64,000 bases of DNA. It comes from a virus. Positions within the stretch are counted from its first letter, which is position 1, and every line of letters begins with the position of its first letter. A program made the translations under genes and the position numbers. Below the pieces are notes generated by a model. The model ran no database searches. It had not been told where the DNA came from and worked only from the letters and a program-made list of their open reading frames with translations. The DNA is taken from positions 1 to 64,000 of IMG/VR virus record IMGVR_UViG_3300009788_000005. One strand, written 5' to 3'. Positions 18,497 through 28,275 of this stretch are shown here, piece by piece.

Positions 18497-18943
18497 AAAG
18501 ATCTCAAAAACATAACAATAGGAAATAAAAGAGTACTTGGTTGGGAAGATGGATTTAATGAGTGTGATTGTTGCGGTAAGACTGGATTAAAAGGTACTTA
18601 TGCCTGTGAGTTAGAAGGAGGGGATATTGTACATTATGGCAGTACATGTGTATACTATAATACCGGGTTAAATCAAAAAGAGGTTAAATCTCAGATAGAT
18701 CATGAGATGAAATTCCAAACTAATGAAGTTTATAACCTAATTAATAACAATATCCAAATAACGTTATTAAAATCATATCTTACAAAATTGGATACTCCTG
18801 AAATGTCTTGGCAGGAAAGATTACAAACACTTACCCCGATAGTAGATGAAGTTGAATTACTTGAGAATGCTATTAGAATAAATTTTCCTAGAGCTAATAC
18901 AGTTACTTTGTGGTATGAGGGGTTAGATAATACCCCTTCCTAA
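18494..18943 (+). CDS. zinc-binding hypothetical protein; the only credible plus-strand gene
   Basis: CDCCGKTGLKGT...HYGSTC; own promoter; no overlap with minus-strand genes. Confidence 0.8.
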   Translation: MKDLKNITIGNKRVLGWEDGFNECDCCGKTGLKGTYACELEGGDIVHYGSTCVYYNTGLNQKEVKSQIDHEMKFQTNEVYNLINNNIQITLLKSYLTKLDTPEMSWQERLQTLTPIVDEVELLENAIRINFPRANTVTLWYEGLDNTPS

Positions 18944-18984
18944 ATATTTCTAATCATCTGTAAAACTTTTACACCCCTATATAT

Positions 18985-19596
18985 CTATCCCTCACCATCC
19001 CTAATAAATCCTTTAAGGGCATACTTCTTAACCAAGTATGCCCTTATGCTTTCAAGCTCTTTGTAACACTTCATATCACTCCTCACCTCATTTATCCCGT
19101 TATCCATTTTAGTATGATGCCTACAGCAGGTAGGGACTTGGTTTTCTGGATCTAATACTAACCCCTCATGACTCCCACACTCCCCCTTACCTATTACGTG
19201 GGCATAGTTACATGCCTGATTCATAGTTAACCATCCTACCTCTCTCCCATGTACGGCTACACACTCTATGCAATAATTTTTTTCATTCTCTATCCACTCT
19301 ATCTTTAGCTCTCTCCTTACCTGCATTAACCTATCATTAATTGCAGCCTGTTTAGCAGTTCTCTTTTTAAACCTCTGTAACGGCTTATCTTTTTTATTTG
19401 ATGTACTGCTACCATACTTACCCTTATACCTTACTGGATACCTACCTATACCCTCAGTAGATACCTTCTCATCTACCTTATCCTTCCACTTCTTAGTAGA
19501 CTTAGCCTGATACTCATTATAATGCTCCCAACACTTACTAAGTTTTCTAGCTATTTCATCACAACCCTTCACACTACATATAGGTATCTTTGCCAT
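18985..19596 (-). CDS. HNH/NinG-like endonuclease
   Basis: CIEC...YAHVIGK...PENQVPTCCRHHTKMD; N-terminal CSVKGC zinc motif. Confidence 0.65.
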   Translation of the reverse strand: MAKIPICSVKGCDEIARKLSKCWEHYNEYQAKSTKKWKDKVDEKVSTEGIGRYPVRYKGKYGSSTSNKKDKPLQRFKKRTAKQAAINDRLMQVRRELKIEWIENEKNYCIECVAVHGREVGWLTMNQACNYAHVIGKGECGSHEGLVLDPENQVPTCCRHHTKMDNGINEVRSDMKCYKELESIRAYLVKKYALKGFIRDGEG

Positions 19597-19597
19597 A

Positions 19598-22500
19598 CTA
19601 TTTAATTAACCTGGAGGGCATAGTTTCCCCTCCCTCTATTCGTAGCACATCAGCATAAAACATATCCATAACAGGACTGTGAGTAATAACATGAGTATTA
19701 ATCTTCTCCCTGTCTTTTAGAAAGATCCTGGATACTTGATGTATAGTATCTACATCTAATTGGCTATAGGGTTCATCAAATAACTGTAAGTCTATATCTA
19801 CCCTATCTCTCCACAGTCTGCCAAGACTCTTTGCCAGTAACAAATTAGCAATTACTAATTGACCGTCACTCGCATTACTGGCTAACCTCTCCCGTCCCTG
19901 AATCATTAAAGAACATTCAAATTTATTAGAGTCATCCACAAAAAATCTAAAGCTAGTACCTATCTCAGCAGCGTACTCTGAAGCGTATCTATTAATTCTA
20001 CCTAGCTTCAGGTTTATAATAAACTTCTTAAGACCTTTTACCCCACATATACGGGAAGTTACATATCTTAAAGCCTCTAGTCTATGAGTTAAAATTTTAG
20101 TTTTCTTATCATGTATCTTAGATTCTTTTTTTATAGCAGTAATCTCCTTCTCTATCTTAATACTATCAGACTTATCCGGCTTACTTTTTTGCTCTATACC
20201 TAATTGATCTCTTTGAGTAGTTAGTATACCTATAAACCTACCCTTATCCTCCTTTGCACCTAATATATTAGCCACGATACTTTCCTTATCCGAACATAAC
20301 TTATCCTGAGAATCATATAGTAATAGGGCAGTATTGTACGCCCTAGCTATCTCTTCATACTCCTGCTTATAATCCTCTACTGCCTTATGACAAATAATTA
20401 CATTAGCCTCAAGACCCTCTAATACCTTAGCACACTCCTCTTTAAAATCCCTCTCATATCCCTCTTCATACACCTCAAAAATTTTTAACCCTTCCTCTAG
20501 GGATACTATTTGTAATTCCCTCTCCTTCTGCTCATCCTCTAATTTAGCATATTCCTTAGTAACACGATCTAATACATCCTTAATCCTATCCCTATTAACA
20601 AGTATATCATGACCCTTCTTTAAGACTGTCTCACATGTAGGACAATTATCCCCTATGTGATCATACTCAGACTTTTTAAGAACAATATTATTATATAATC
20701 TACCCAATTCTCTACATACTTCCTTCTGTTTTGAGACACTAGTAAAAACCTGATATTTTTGTCTCGCTAGGTCGTCCTTTACCTGTAAAAATTTTACAGA
20801 TTTTTCAGGATAGTACTCATCACAATTTACTAATTTCCTTTTAGCACTCTTAACCTGTTCCTGTAAATCATATTTCCTATCCTTAGCGGATACAAATTTT
20901 TCCTTCTCAGAGGATATATCTATCTCCTTTATAACCAGGTTTTGTAACTGCTGCTCATATACCTCTATCTCCTTAATAATATCCTGTAAAAGATTATCGT
21001 TAGTATCTATCTTCGATTTTAACTCCTCTACCTTAACCTGCTTATCCTCTTCAAACTTACTTAGTTTAGCCTCCTCACTTTTTAGCCTAACCGATAATGA
21101 AGCTAACCTATTATTAATATCAGATTTTACATTTATTGATGTATCATATTTCTCCGATACCTCTTCTATCTCCTCCTTAGCTAACTCTTTCAAATCGTCT
21201 ACCCATACCACCCCTAATAAAGGTTCTAATATCTTCCTCTTTTCTGCCTCCTTAGCAGATATTAGCCGGCACTTATCAGGAGAGAAGTAAACCGTATTCA
21301 GAATCATATCCATAGTAAACCCATTAAACTTTAACCATGAATTTGTTTTTTGGGTTTTAGTATTAAACTCCTCATCCTCTACTCCTAAATCTTCAGCAGT
21401 TACGATACTCTCGTTCTTATAAATTACAAAGGAATCTTTACCCCTTAAGCCGTTAGTATCCCCCTTAAAATTGATATGCCGGATAACAGTATACTTTATC
21501 CCGTCTACATATTTTACAACCATAACCCTAGTACCTCTCCAGTCTCTACCCATCTCTCTTATCCAAGGTTCTGATACTACATCGTCAACCTTAGACCCTT
21601 CTCGTATAGGAGTTCCGCACTCAGCCCATATAAGAGCCTCAAAAATACTAGTCTTACCACTACCCTTAGGAGCCTGTATATACTGTATCTTATTAGTTCT
21701 AAAGTCATATGTAACCGGATCAACCCAGGACCTAAACCCCTCTATAGTTATAGACTCATACTTAATTACTTTGGTAGACTTAGCTACAGCATCCGGTATA
21801 CCTAATAATAAATAACCAAACTCTACTCCTACCCCCTCAGGTAATCCTCCTGAAATAGTTTCAACATACCAATTGAATAAGTCCAACCTACCCTCCTCTA
21901 CCGTATCATCAAAATCCTCCTCTACCTGCACCTCATAAGTAGGTCTTTCTTTACGTATAATATAATTACCTACATCCTCATCCCGTACATCCTCATCCTG
22001 ATAATAATCAACAAATTCAGGAAACCCTTCATGGGGTATAAACTCAACCTCTTCCCCTACTATATATATCCCGTTTGGTCCTGACCCTTTATCTGTTCCT
22101 TTCTGCTGTAGGAAATTTCCACAGTTATAAAAATTACCGTGCTGACTCTTATTAATTATATGCCCGTTAAACACATACATAAACTCCCCAAAAATATCAT
22201 CATCCTCTTTGATAGTTGACCCAGGTACAGAAGATATAGTATCCTGGTGCATCAAAAGTATAGTTGTATCAGGATTAACTTGCATATCCAACATAACTTT
22301 TAAAGCATCTTTAAAATGTTCCTCATGCCGATAGAAAGGTAATCCTACTACAATACCTACAGAGGTATCCACAGTATAACCATCAAGTATATAAAAATTA
22401 TCACATGCCAAAGCTAAAGCATGTAAAACATGTGAATCCTTTTTAATACTACTAACTAACCCTCCCTCAGGATCATCATGATTACCCGTAATAGTATTAG

Positions 22501-22735
22501 TCTCTACAGCCTGACCCTGAAAAAACTTAACCATTCTATTAAATACCTTATAGTTAGGTTTGGAATGCTCAAATATATCCCCCAATAAAAACACCTGCTC
22601 TATACCCTGATCCCTAGCTATACCGTAGGCCCATTCTAAAGCCTCTATAGTTACATCAATAATATTCTTACCAGACTCATAAGCCTTATTTTTGTGATAC
22701 GTTTGTATATCACCTATTACCATTATTTTCTTCAT
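19598..22735 (-). CDS. fused Mre11/SbcD nuclease - Rad50/SbcC ATPase
   Basis: Metallophosphoesterase motifs GDIQ, LLGDIFE, GNHD, MHQD, NGHI; then Walker A APKGSGKTS, coiled coils, zinc hook CPTC, ASDGQ signature, FDEPYSQLD, VITHS. Start re-placed at MKKIMV. Confidence 0.9.
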   Translation of the reverse strand: MKKIMVIGDIQTYHKNKAYESGKNIIDVTIEALEWAYGIARDQGIEQVFLLGDIFEHSKPNYKVFNRMVKFFQGQAVETNTITGNHDDPEGGLVSSIKKDSHVLHALALACDNFYILDGYTVDTSVGIVVGLPFYRHEEHFKDALKVMLDMQVNPDTTILLMHQDTISSVPGSTIKEDDDIFGEFMYVFNGHIINKSQHGNFYNCGNFLQQKGTDKGSGPNGIYIVGEEVEFIPHEGFPEFVDYYQDEDVRDEDVGNYIIRKERPTYEVQVEEDFDDTVEEGRLDLFNWYVETISGGLPEGVGVEFGYLLLGIPDAVAKSTKVIKYESITIEGFRSWVDPVTYDFRTNKIQYIQAPKGSGKTSIFEALIWAECGTPIREGSKVDDVVSEPWIREMGRDWRGTRVMVVKYVDGIKYTVIRHINFKGDTNGLRGKDSFVIYKNESIVTAEDLGVEDEEFNTKTQKTNSWLKFNGFTMDMILNTVYFSPDKCRLISAKEAEKRKILEPLLGVVWVDDLKELAKEEIEEVSEKYDTSINVKSDINNRLASLSVRLKSEEAKLSKFEEDKQVKVEELKSKIDTNDNLLQDIIKEIEVYEQQLQNLVIKEIDISSEKEKFVSAKDRKYDLQEQVKSAKRKLVNCDEYYPEKSVKFLQVKDDLARQKYQVFTSVSKQKEVCRELGRLYNNIVLKKSEYDHIGDNCPTCETVLKKGHDILVNRDRIKDVLDRVTKEYAKLEDEQKERELQIVSLEEGLKIFEVYEEGYERDFKEECAKVLEGLEANVIICHKAVEDYKQEYEEIARAYNTALLLYDSQDKLCSDKESIVANILGAKEDKGRFIGILTTQRDQLGIEQKSKPDKSDSIKIEKEITAIKKESKIHDKKTKILTHRLEALRYVTSRICGVKGLKKFIINLKLGRINRYASEYAAEIGTSFRFFVDDSNKFECSLMIQGRERLASNASDGQLVIANLLLAKSLGRLWRDRVDIDLQLFDEPYSQLDVDTIHQVSRIFLKDREKINTHVITHSPVMDMFYADVLRIEGGETMPSRLIK

Positions 22736-22767
22736 AATTACACCTGTAAAATTTTTACACCTATAAT

Positions 22768-22802
22768 AAAAAGGGGGAGAGTCCCCAGCAGACAATCCCC
22801 CT
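22768..22802 (-). terminator. intrinsic terminator
   Basis: AGGGGGA...TCCCCCT stem followed by a T run. Confidence 0.6.
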
Positions 22803-22824
22803 AAAAACTAACTTGTCATTACTC

Positions 22825-23796
22825 TTATATATCTGCTGTTTTCCTCTTTCTACCTGTACTTCTTTTTGTCTCCTTAGGCTCCGGCTTATTTTCCTCATCC
22901 TCCTTAGGCTCCTCATCACCAAAATGTACCTTAAGTATATGTAAAGCTTCCTCAGTTTTTATACCCTTCTTAGCCTCATCCAAGAGCTTAGGTAATTTGT
23001 CTTCAGTCCACAACTCAGAATCCTCTATATCTGTCTGAAAATCGCTCCTACGAGTACCTACAAAATAATCACTAGCAGTAGATTTACCTCCTTTAGGTAC
23101 TCTCTCTATATAAAAGTCTACTCCTTTGTACTGATTATATAGGGTATAGCCTACTTCAGTATCCCCTACTAAACCTTTCTTCTTACCTCCCCCAAAAATA
23201 CCGGACTGACAAGACCAATTTATATTAATAATCTTAGCTCCCGAAGGATCAGGGATAGACTTACCATCCTCAACATCTACTATCGGTATTACAGGCAACC
23301 ACCTCTCATCATTACCCGCTCTATTAGTATGCCGAATCTTACTACCCTTACCATCATCTCTCTCGTTTTTTGAAAAAATAAACAGATCCCTATATATCTG
23401 TATATCGTCTGAATCTCCTCCCTCCTCCTCATACATTCCCGGTAAATCATCCAACTTATCTTTCAAATATTCATATACCTGATCTACCGGCTCTCCTAAA
23501 GCTTTCTCAGAAACATGATAGCAAAACTTAGGCTTATTCTCATCATTAAGCCTATAATCCTTTATACCGTACTTCTTAACAGGTAAAAATTCAATCTTAC
23601 CATGAAGCTCTTGCGTAGCTGCATCCGGGGGTAACGCCCTAAAGTAATGTTTTACATTAGGGGCAAGATCTGATACATTCATGAAAATATTCTTACCCCC
23701 CCATCCTGATACAGCTCTTGATACAGATTCTTGGGCCTCAATTTCAGGAGTGTAAGTAATCCCTTGCGGTTTTGGTGATTTTTTTCTTGTAGCCAT
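22825..23796 (-). CDS. putative single-stranded DNA-binding protein (gp32-like)
   Basis: FRALPP and GVDFYIER..G...DY pattern, charged tail, position in the replication module, own terminator. Confidence 0.5.
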   Translation of the reverse strand: MATRKKSPKPQGITYTPEIEAQESVSRAVSGWGGKNIFMNVSDLAPNVKHYFRALPPDAATQELHGKIEFLPVKKYGIKDYRLNDENKPKFCYHVSEKALGEPVDQVYEYLKDKLDDLPGMYEEEGGDSDDIQIYRDLFIFSKNERDDGKGSKIRHTNRAGNDERWLPVIPIVDVEDGKSIPDPSGAKIININWSCQSGIFGGGKKKGLVGDTEVGYTLYNQYKGVDFYIERVPKGGKSTASDYFVGTRRSDFQTDIEDSELWTEDKLPKLLDEAKKGIKTEEALHILKVHFGDEEPKEDEENKPEPKETKRSTGRKRKTADI

Positions 23797-23909
23797 AAAG
23801 CGTTTAAATTTTTAAATTAATGATTAACGTTATTACACAATTAAATTGTATTAAACGTATTAAATTATCAATACAAATGTACCCATTAAACTACTATAAC
23901 CCAACCCCT

Positions 23910-24455
23910 CTAACCCATTCTTTCTATTCTCTCATTAGCATTAATAGACCTAGCAGTATTCCAAGCCAAATCTACTATATTATAACTAGACCTTAACCTG
24001 TTTAGTGTTTGACTAACATTCAATATATTAGATCTTGAATTCTTTACCTCAGTTAATACAGACAACATAGAAATAACTAATTTATCTGTAGGCATTTCGT
24101 TAGCCCTAGACTTAGATAAGTCATCTCTCCCTATCATATCCTCCATCCTCATGGTCTTAAATTGTACATACTGCTCGTTTACTATATCCAACTCCATCCT
24201 ATTCAATTCATCTACAGCCCTTTCATAGTACAACACTAACCCCGATAAAAAAGACATAGTAGATAGAAAATCCATCATTCTTTCCTCTGTACCGTAACTC
24301 TGCAAATCAGCTAATATAGTATTATCGATAGTAACCGTACCTACTCTACCTCCATATTCTACAGCTACCTCATATACCTGTAAAAATTTTACATCTACTC
24401 CCTCTATATATATCCCTTTCATACAACTATATCTATCTCTTTTAAATCTTTCCAA
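23910..24455 (-). CDS. coiled-coil protein, possibly a UvsY-like recombination mediator
   Basis: Helical protein ending ARSINANER, located between polymerase and SSB-like gene. Confidence 0.4.
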   Translation of the reverse strand: MERFKRDRYSCMKGIYIEGVDVKFLQVYEVAVEYGGRVGTVTIDNTILADLQSYGTEERMMDFLSTMSFLSGLVLYYERAVDELNRMELDIVNEQYVQFKTMRMEDMIGRDDLSKSRANEMPTDKLVISMLSVLTEVKNSRSNILNVSQTLNRLRSSYNIVDLAWNTARSINANERIERMG

Positions 24456-27400
24456 TTAGGACCTACCTCTACATCACTTTTCATCTCCACATTATCAAAT
24501 TCAAAACCAAAGTACTCCATATTAGGGGGATTATTGAAAGCCTTAAGCAACCACCTCAAATATAAATCCATTTGACTTCTCCTCACATACCCTAACCCCG
24601 AATCATGCACCGTATTTAACAAGTCTCCATCATACTGTAGTATACTCATTCTATCTTGATGAACTATACAAGAGAATAAAAGCCCCTGACCACTACTACC
24701 TTGTACTGGACTATTAACCCCTATACGCTCATCATGACTCCTTAACCCAGGATCATTAGAATTAATAAAAGGAGTAAATCTTTTACTACCGTAAGCAGTT
24801 CTTACCCACCCATAACGATTAGCCTTAGATCTATATAACTCGTGCGCCTTAGGTATAGCAGGGTGAAGAGTATATAAATAATCTTTATGCTCCTTACGTG
24901 CTTGCTCCATGCTCATTTCTATCCCATACTGTATCTTAGAATACTCCCTATAACTTTCTGCACTCATCACATAAATCAATCCAAAATTCTTAGCCTTACC
25001 TTTATGCCTATGTATTTCTGCTGCCCCAATATCCTCCTCCAACATAATACAGTAATCATCCAAAGAAACATTAGTACCACTACATGAAGCTAATACATGC
25101 AAATCAATATCATCAGCCAAAGCCTCTGCCATTGTATCTACTCTCCATAAATAAGTACACCACCTTAATTCTGATTGAGATAAGTCAGCCTGAAAAAACT
25201 CATACGGATCATCCTTATTAGTATCATACAAAGGAGTACAAAACATCCTCTTAATATAAGATACTGTTTCCTTAACTCTCTCTAAAGAAGTCCTACTAGG
25301 TATATTCTGTAAATTAGGATTATTACTAGTAATCCTCTGAGATCTAGCAGTACCGAAAGTACTATGTACCTTATCCTCATTATCCAAGCAAGATCTTATC
25401 CCCTCAAAATAAGTACTCTTAGCCGTAGACAATAATCTATACTCTAATACTCTTTCTATCAATTTTGTAGGGTCCGGAAACAAACCTAATATATCCTTAT
25501 TAGTAGAGGGATAAGGTCCTGTTTCCTTCTTCATCCTCTTAGTTATAGGATCTTTTATGGTCCTGGTTACTACAGGTAATTCATAATTCAAACCCGCCTT
25601 ACTTGTATAAATAAGTTTTCCTAATTGAGTAGGGGAATTAAAATTAATACTCTCAAAATTATTAACCTCCCCAGACTTCAACTTATCTATTTTAATCTTC
25701 CAAGTTACAATATTTTTATAAGGATAGGAAAGGGAGTAGTAATTTTGATCTAATACCAACTGTCTTTTTTCTACTACGTTAGAATAAGATTTAAGTAGTA
25801 TATACTCATCCGTTTCTTTATCTTTTCTCTTACTATACACCTTATCCTCACTTTCCATTTTCTGCTGAGATATGATCAACTCCTTTAACTTGATACCCTC
25901 AGCCTTAGATATCTTCTCTGTAAGATCCTGTATCATCTCTTGATCTATTCTATCTTTCTCATACCGAATAAATCTCTTTACCAAAGACATATTATTCAAC
26001 TCTTCTGTAACCTCCTGTAATAACTCTGTACATTTACTAAGTCCCTCCTCTAAGACATCCGTATCTACCGGCATACCCTTATATTCCATATCCCCCAATA
26101 ACCGTAACTTAGAAGTTTCATAATTACGATATACCCTATACAACTTAGGATCTTTCAATAACTCATACTCAAATAAATATCTAGCTCTTAAAGTTAAATC
26201 ATTATCATTAGCACAATAATTACCCAATGATCGTAAAGAGTCGTTTGCATAATCCACCTCATCACCATACCCCTCAAACTCAGGATACAATTGAGGCGCT
26301 ATTTTTTTAAGTCCATGAGGTACATCCTCCCGTATAGTATGATGCATAATTAAAGTATCATCCAACCTACCCTCTACCTCTATATCTAATTGTCTCCCTA
26401 TACTGAGATCAAACTTAATATTATGGGCAACCTTACGTATATCCTTCTTTTTAAATATCTCCTCATTAATTTCAGGCAATAAAAAATCATGTAATAAATC
26501 AGGTATATGCTCTCTTTTAACAAACCCCCAATTACTAAACAAGGCATCTATAAATACCTTATTATCCTCCTCAACCATAACAAGCTCCCCATTATATCTT
26601 TCTAAAGGTTCACCATTCTTATACACATACATGTTTACTACCAAAATACCCTCCTCATCTTTCTCCTGTACCGAGACATATTCAAGATCATCATCACAAC
26701 CTATATTCCAAGGGCTTTCACAATGATATATAGGTATTATGTATCCACTTCCAACCTGAAAACTAATACCCAACATACTAGCCTGAGCCTTATGAGGATC
26801 AAGAGAATGATCTTTTATATCCTTAGATTTAGTAAGTCCTTTTAACTTAGGAAAAGTCTCAAAATCAAAACATATTTCTCCTGTAATATTACAGTAATCT
26901 ATTAGAGGTTTTATATCTTCAGGAGTATTAATAAATACTGTTTCAGTCATCGTAGATACAGACTCAAACCCCAATATAGCATTATAGCATAACCCTATAG
27001 CCTTCTCTCCTCTACGTAACTCTACCATTGACTCCGGATCATCCGGATACTGATATAACAATTTAATCTTAAAGGATGAGATAAACCCCCAATAAGTTAC
27101 ATGTGTCCCTGGTTTATTTCCTAAAGAAATTACTTTTTTATTTAGCCTGTATAGTAGGTCTGTATGCCTACCAAACTTTAGGTACTCGGATACCTTAGCC
27201 CCAAAACCTACAACAGCATCCCAATCCCCCCATTCAAATCCCTCCCCCACAGAAACCACATGCTCAAGAGAAACCACATACATTGAATCCTGTACTACCT
27301 GTCTTTGATCAGCCTTCAACAATTTATAATCCGTAACCCCATATATAGCCAATGATAAGGATTCAAATACTAACCTAGCAGCAGACATCATATGCTCCTT

Positions 27401-27469
27401 ATCCGGCTTATCAGATATTACTAATACTCCTTTAATTGGTTTCATCTGTATGCTTGTATCTCCACTCAT
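24419..27469 (-). CDS. polA: family A DNA polymerase with 3'-5' exonuclease
   Basis: Exo motifs DFET, AHNIKFD, YCAND; NFNSPTQL; PNLQNIP; motif A DLSQSELR; motif B RHKGKAKNFGLIY; motif C VHDS. Confidence 0.95.
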   Translation of the reverse strand: MSGDTSIQMKPIKGVLVISDKPDKEHMMSAARLVFESLSLAIYGVTDYKLLKADQRQVVQDSMYVVSLEHVVSVGEGFEWGDWDAVVGFGAKVSEYLKFGRHTDLLYRLNKKVISLGNKPGTHVTYWGFISSFKIKLLYQYPDDPESMVELRRGEKAIGLCYNAILGFESVSTMTETVFINTPEDIKPLIDYCNITGEICFDFETFPKLKGLTKSKDIKDHSLDPHKAQASMLGISFQVGSGYIIPIYHCESPWNIGCDDDLEYVSVQEKDEEGILVVNMYVYKNGEPLERYNGELVMVEEDNKVFIDALFSNWGFVKREHIPDLLHDFLLPEINEEIFKKKDIRKVAHNIKFDLSIGRQLDIEVEGRLDDTLIMHHTIREDVPHGLKKIAPQLYPEFEGYGDEVDYANDSLRSLGNYCANDNDLTLRARYLFEYELLKDPKLYRVYRNYETSKLRLLGDMEYKGMPVDTDVLEEGLSKCTELLQEVTEELNNMSLVKRFIRYEKDRIDQEMIQDLTEKISKAEGIKLKELIISQQKMESEDKVYSKRKDKETDEYILLKSYSNVVEKRQLVLDQNYYSLSYPYKNIVTWKIKIDKLKSGEVNNFESINFNSPTQLGKLIYTSKAGLNYELPVVTRTIKDPITKRMKKETGPYPSTNKDILGLFPDPTKLIERVLEYRLLSTAKSTYFEGIRSCLDNEDKVHSTFGTARSQRITSNNPNLQNIPSRTSLERVKETVSYIKRMFCTPLYDTNKDDPYEFFQADLSQSELRWCTYLWRVDTMAEALADDIDLHVLASCSGTNVSLDDYCIMLEEDIGAAEIHRHKGKAKNFGLIYVMSAESYREYSKIQYGIEMSMEQARKEHKDYLYTLHPAIPKAHELYRSKANRYGWVRTAYGSKRFTPFINSNDPGLRSHDERIGVNSPVQGSSGQGLLFSCIVHQDRMSILQYDGDLLNTVHDSGLGYVRRSQMDLYLRWLLKAFNNPPNMEYFGFEFDNVEMKSDVEVGPNWKDLKEIDIVV

Positions 27470-27959
27470 TCCCTTTATTAATAATATTAGAACTATTACT
27501 TATAGCCTCTAACAATACATCTACTAAATCAAAATCTATAGAATTTAATACCTCCTCTACATCTCTTCTCAACGCCTTACGTAATCGGTCTGTAGTAATT
27601 ACGTCCCCCTCTTCTTCCTTAACCTTAATAGTATATACATAAGTATCCACAAGCTCCCTACCTTTTTCCTTAACCTTATTCTCATCATAAAAAGGTTTTC
27701 CCTCAAAATGATCAAATCTCACAACCTCAACTAGCGTATCTAAGTTATTCATTTTTTGTACTGCCATACATACTAGTGACAAATGACATACTAAACAATT
27801 CCTATCTCCAGGATCATAACCTATATCTCCCGGACCTTTACCAAACTCAGGACATATTTTCCTCCATCTAGGGGTATCATCTACTATACTTTGGTCTTGG
27901 AAAGGCTTAACCATATCGTAAGGATTTTCCTTAACTGGATTCTTATTTACTTGTATCAT
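27432..27959 (-). CDS. hypothetical zinc-binding protein
   Basis: CPEFG...YD....CLVC...C motif. Confidence 0.6.
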   Translation of the reverse strand: MIQVNKNPVKENPYDMVKPFQDQSIVDDTPRWRKICPEFGKGPGDIGYDPGDRNCLVCHLSLVCMAVQKMNNLDTLVEVVRFDHFEGKPFYDENKVKEKGRELVDTYVYTIKVKEEEGDVITTDRLRKALRRDVEEVLNSIDFDLVDVLLEAISNSSNIINKGNEWRYKHTDETN

Positions 27960-28008
27960 GAATGTAAAATTTTTACACCTCTATACTATTTTATATCCTA
28001 GAAAATTA

Positions 28009-28275
28009 TTATTCCTTCACATTATTATACTTCCATTTTTTATCTAAAATATCTAATACCGATTTCCATTTATCAATACAATCATACCCACATGTTACAT
28101 TAGCCCCATCACTCCATGAAAATTGAATATAATATTGCTTTGAATTACTAATCCAACTCTGAATAATAACCAAATTATGTAGGTTTATACTTAAATGCAA
28201 ACACCCAGAAAAGTAAATCCTGATATGTTGCCAACTTGTTTTAGAAGTTATATCCATATCAAATAAATTATCCAC
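28009..28275 (-). CDS. hypothetical protein
   Basis: 88-aa ORF. Confidence 0.6.
   Translation of the reverse strand: MDNLFDMDITSKTSWQHIRIYFSGCLHLSINLHNLVIIQSWISNSKQYYIQFSWSDGANVTCGYDCIDKWKSVLDILDKKWKYNNVKE

Noticed and set aside
17070-22795. Long N-terminal extensions given for the Dda-like, RusA-like and Mre11-Rad50 ORFs
   Set aside because: They run through palindromes, promoters or terminators; the next ATG matches the start of the recognisable domain
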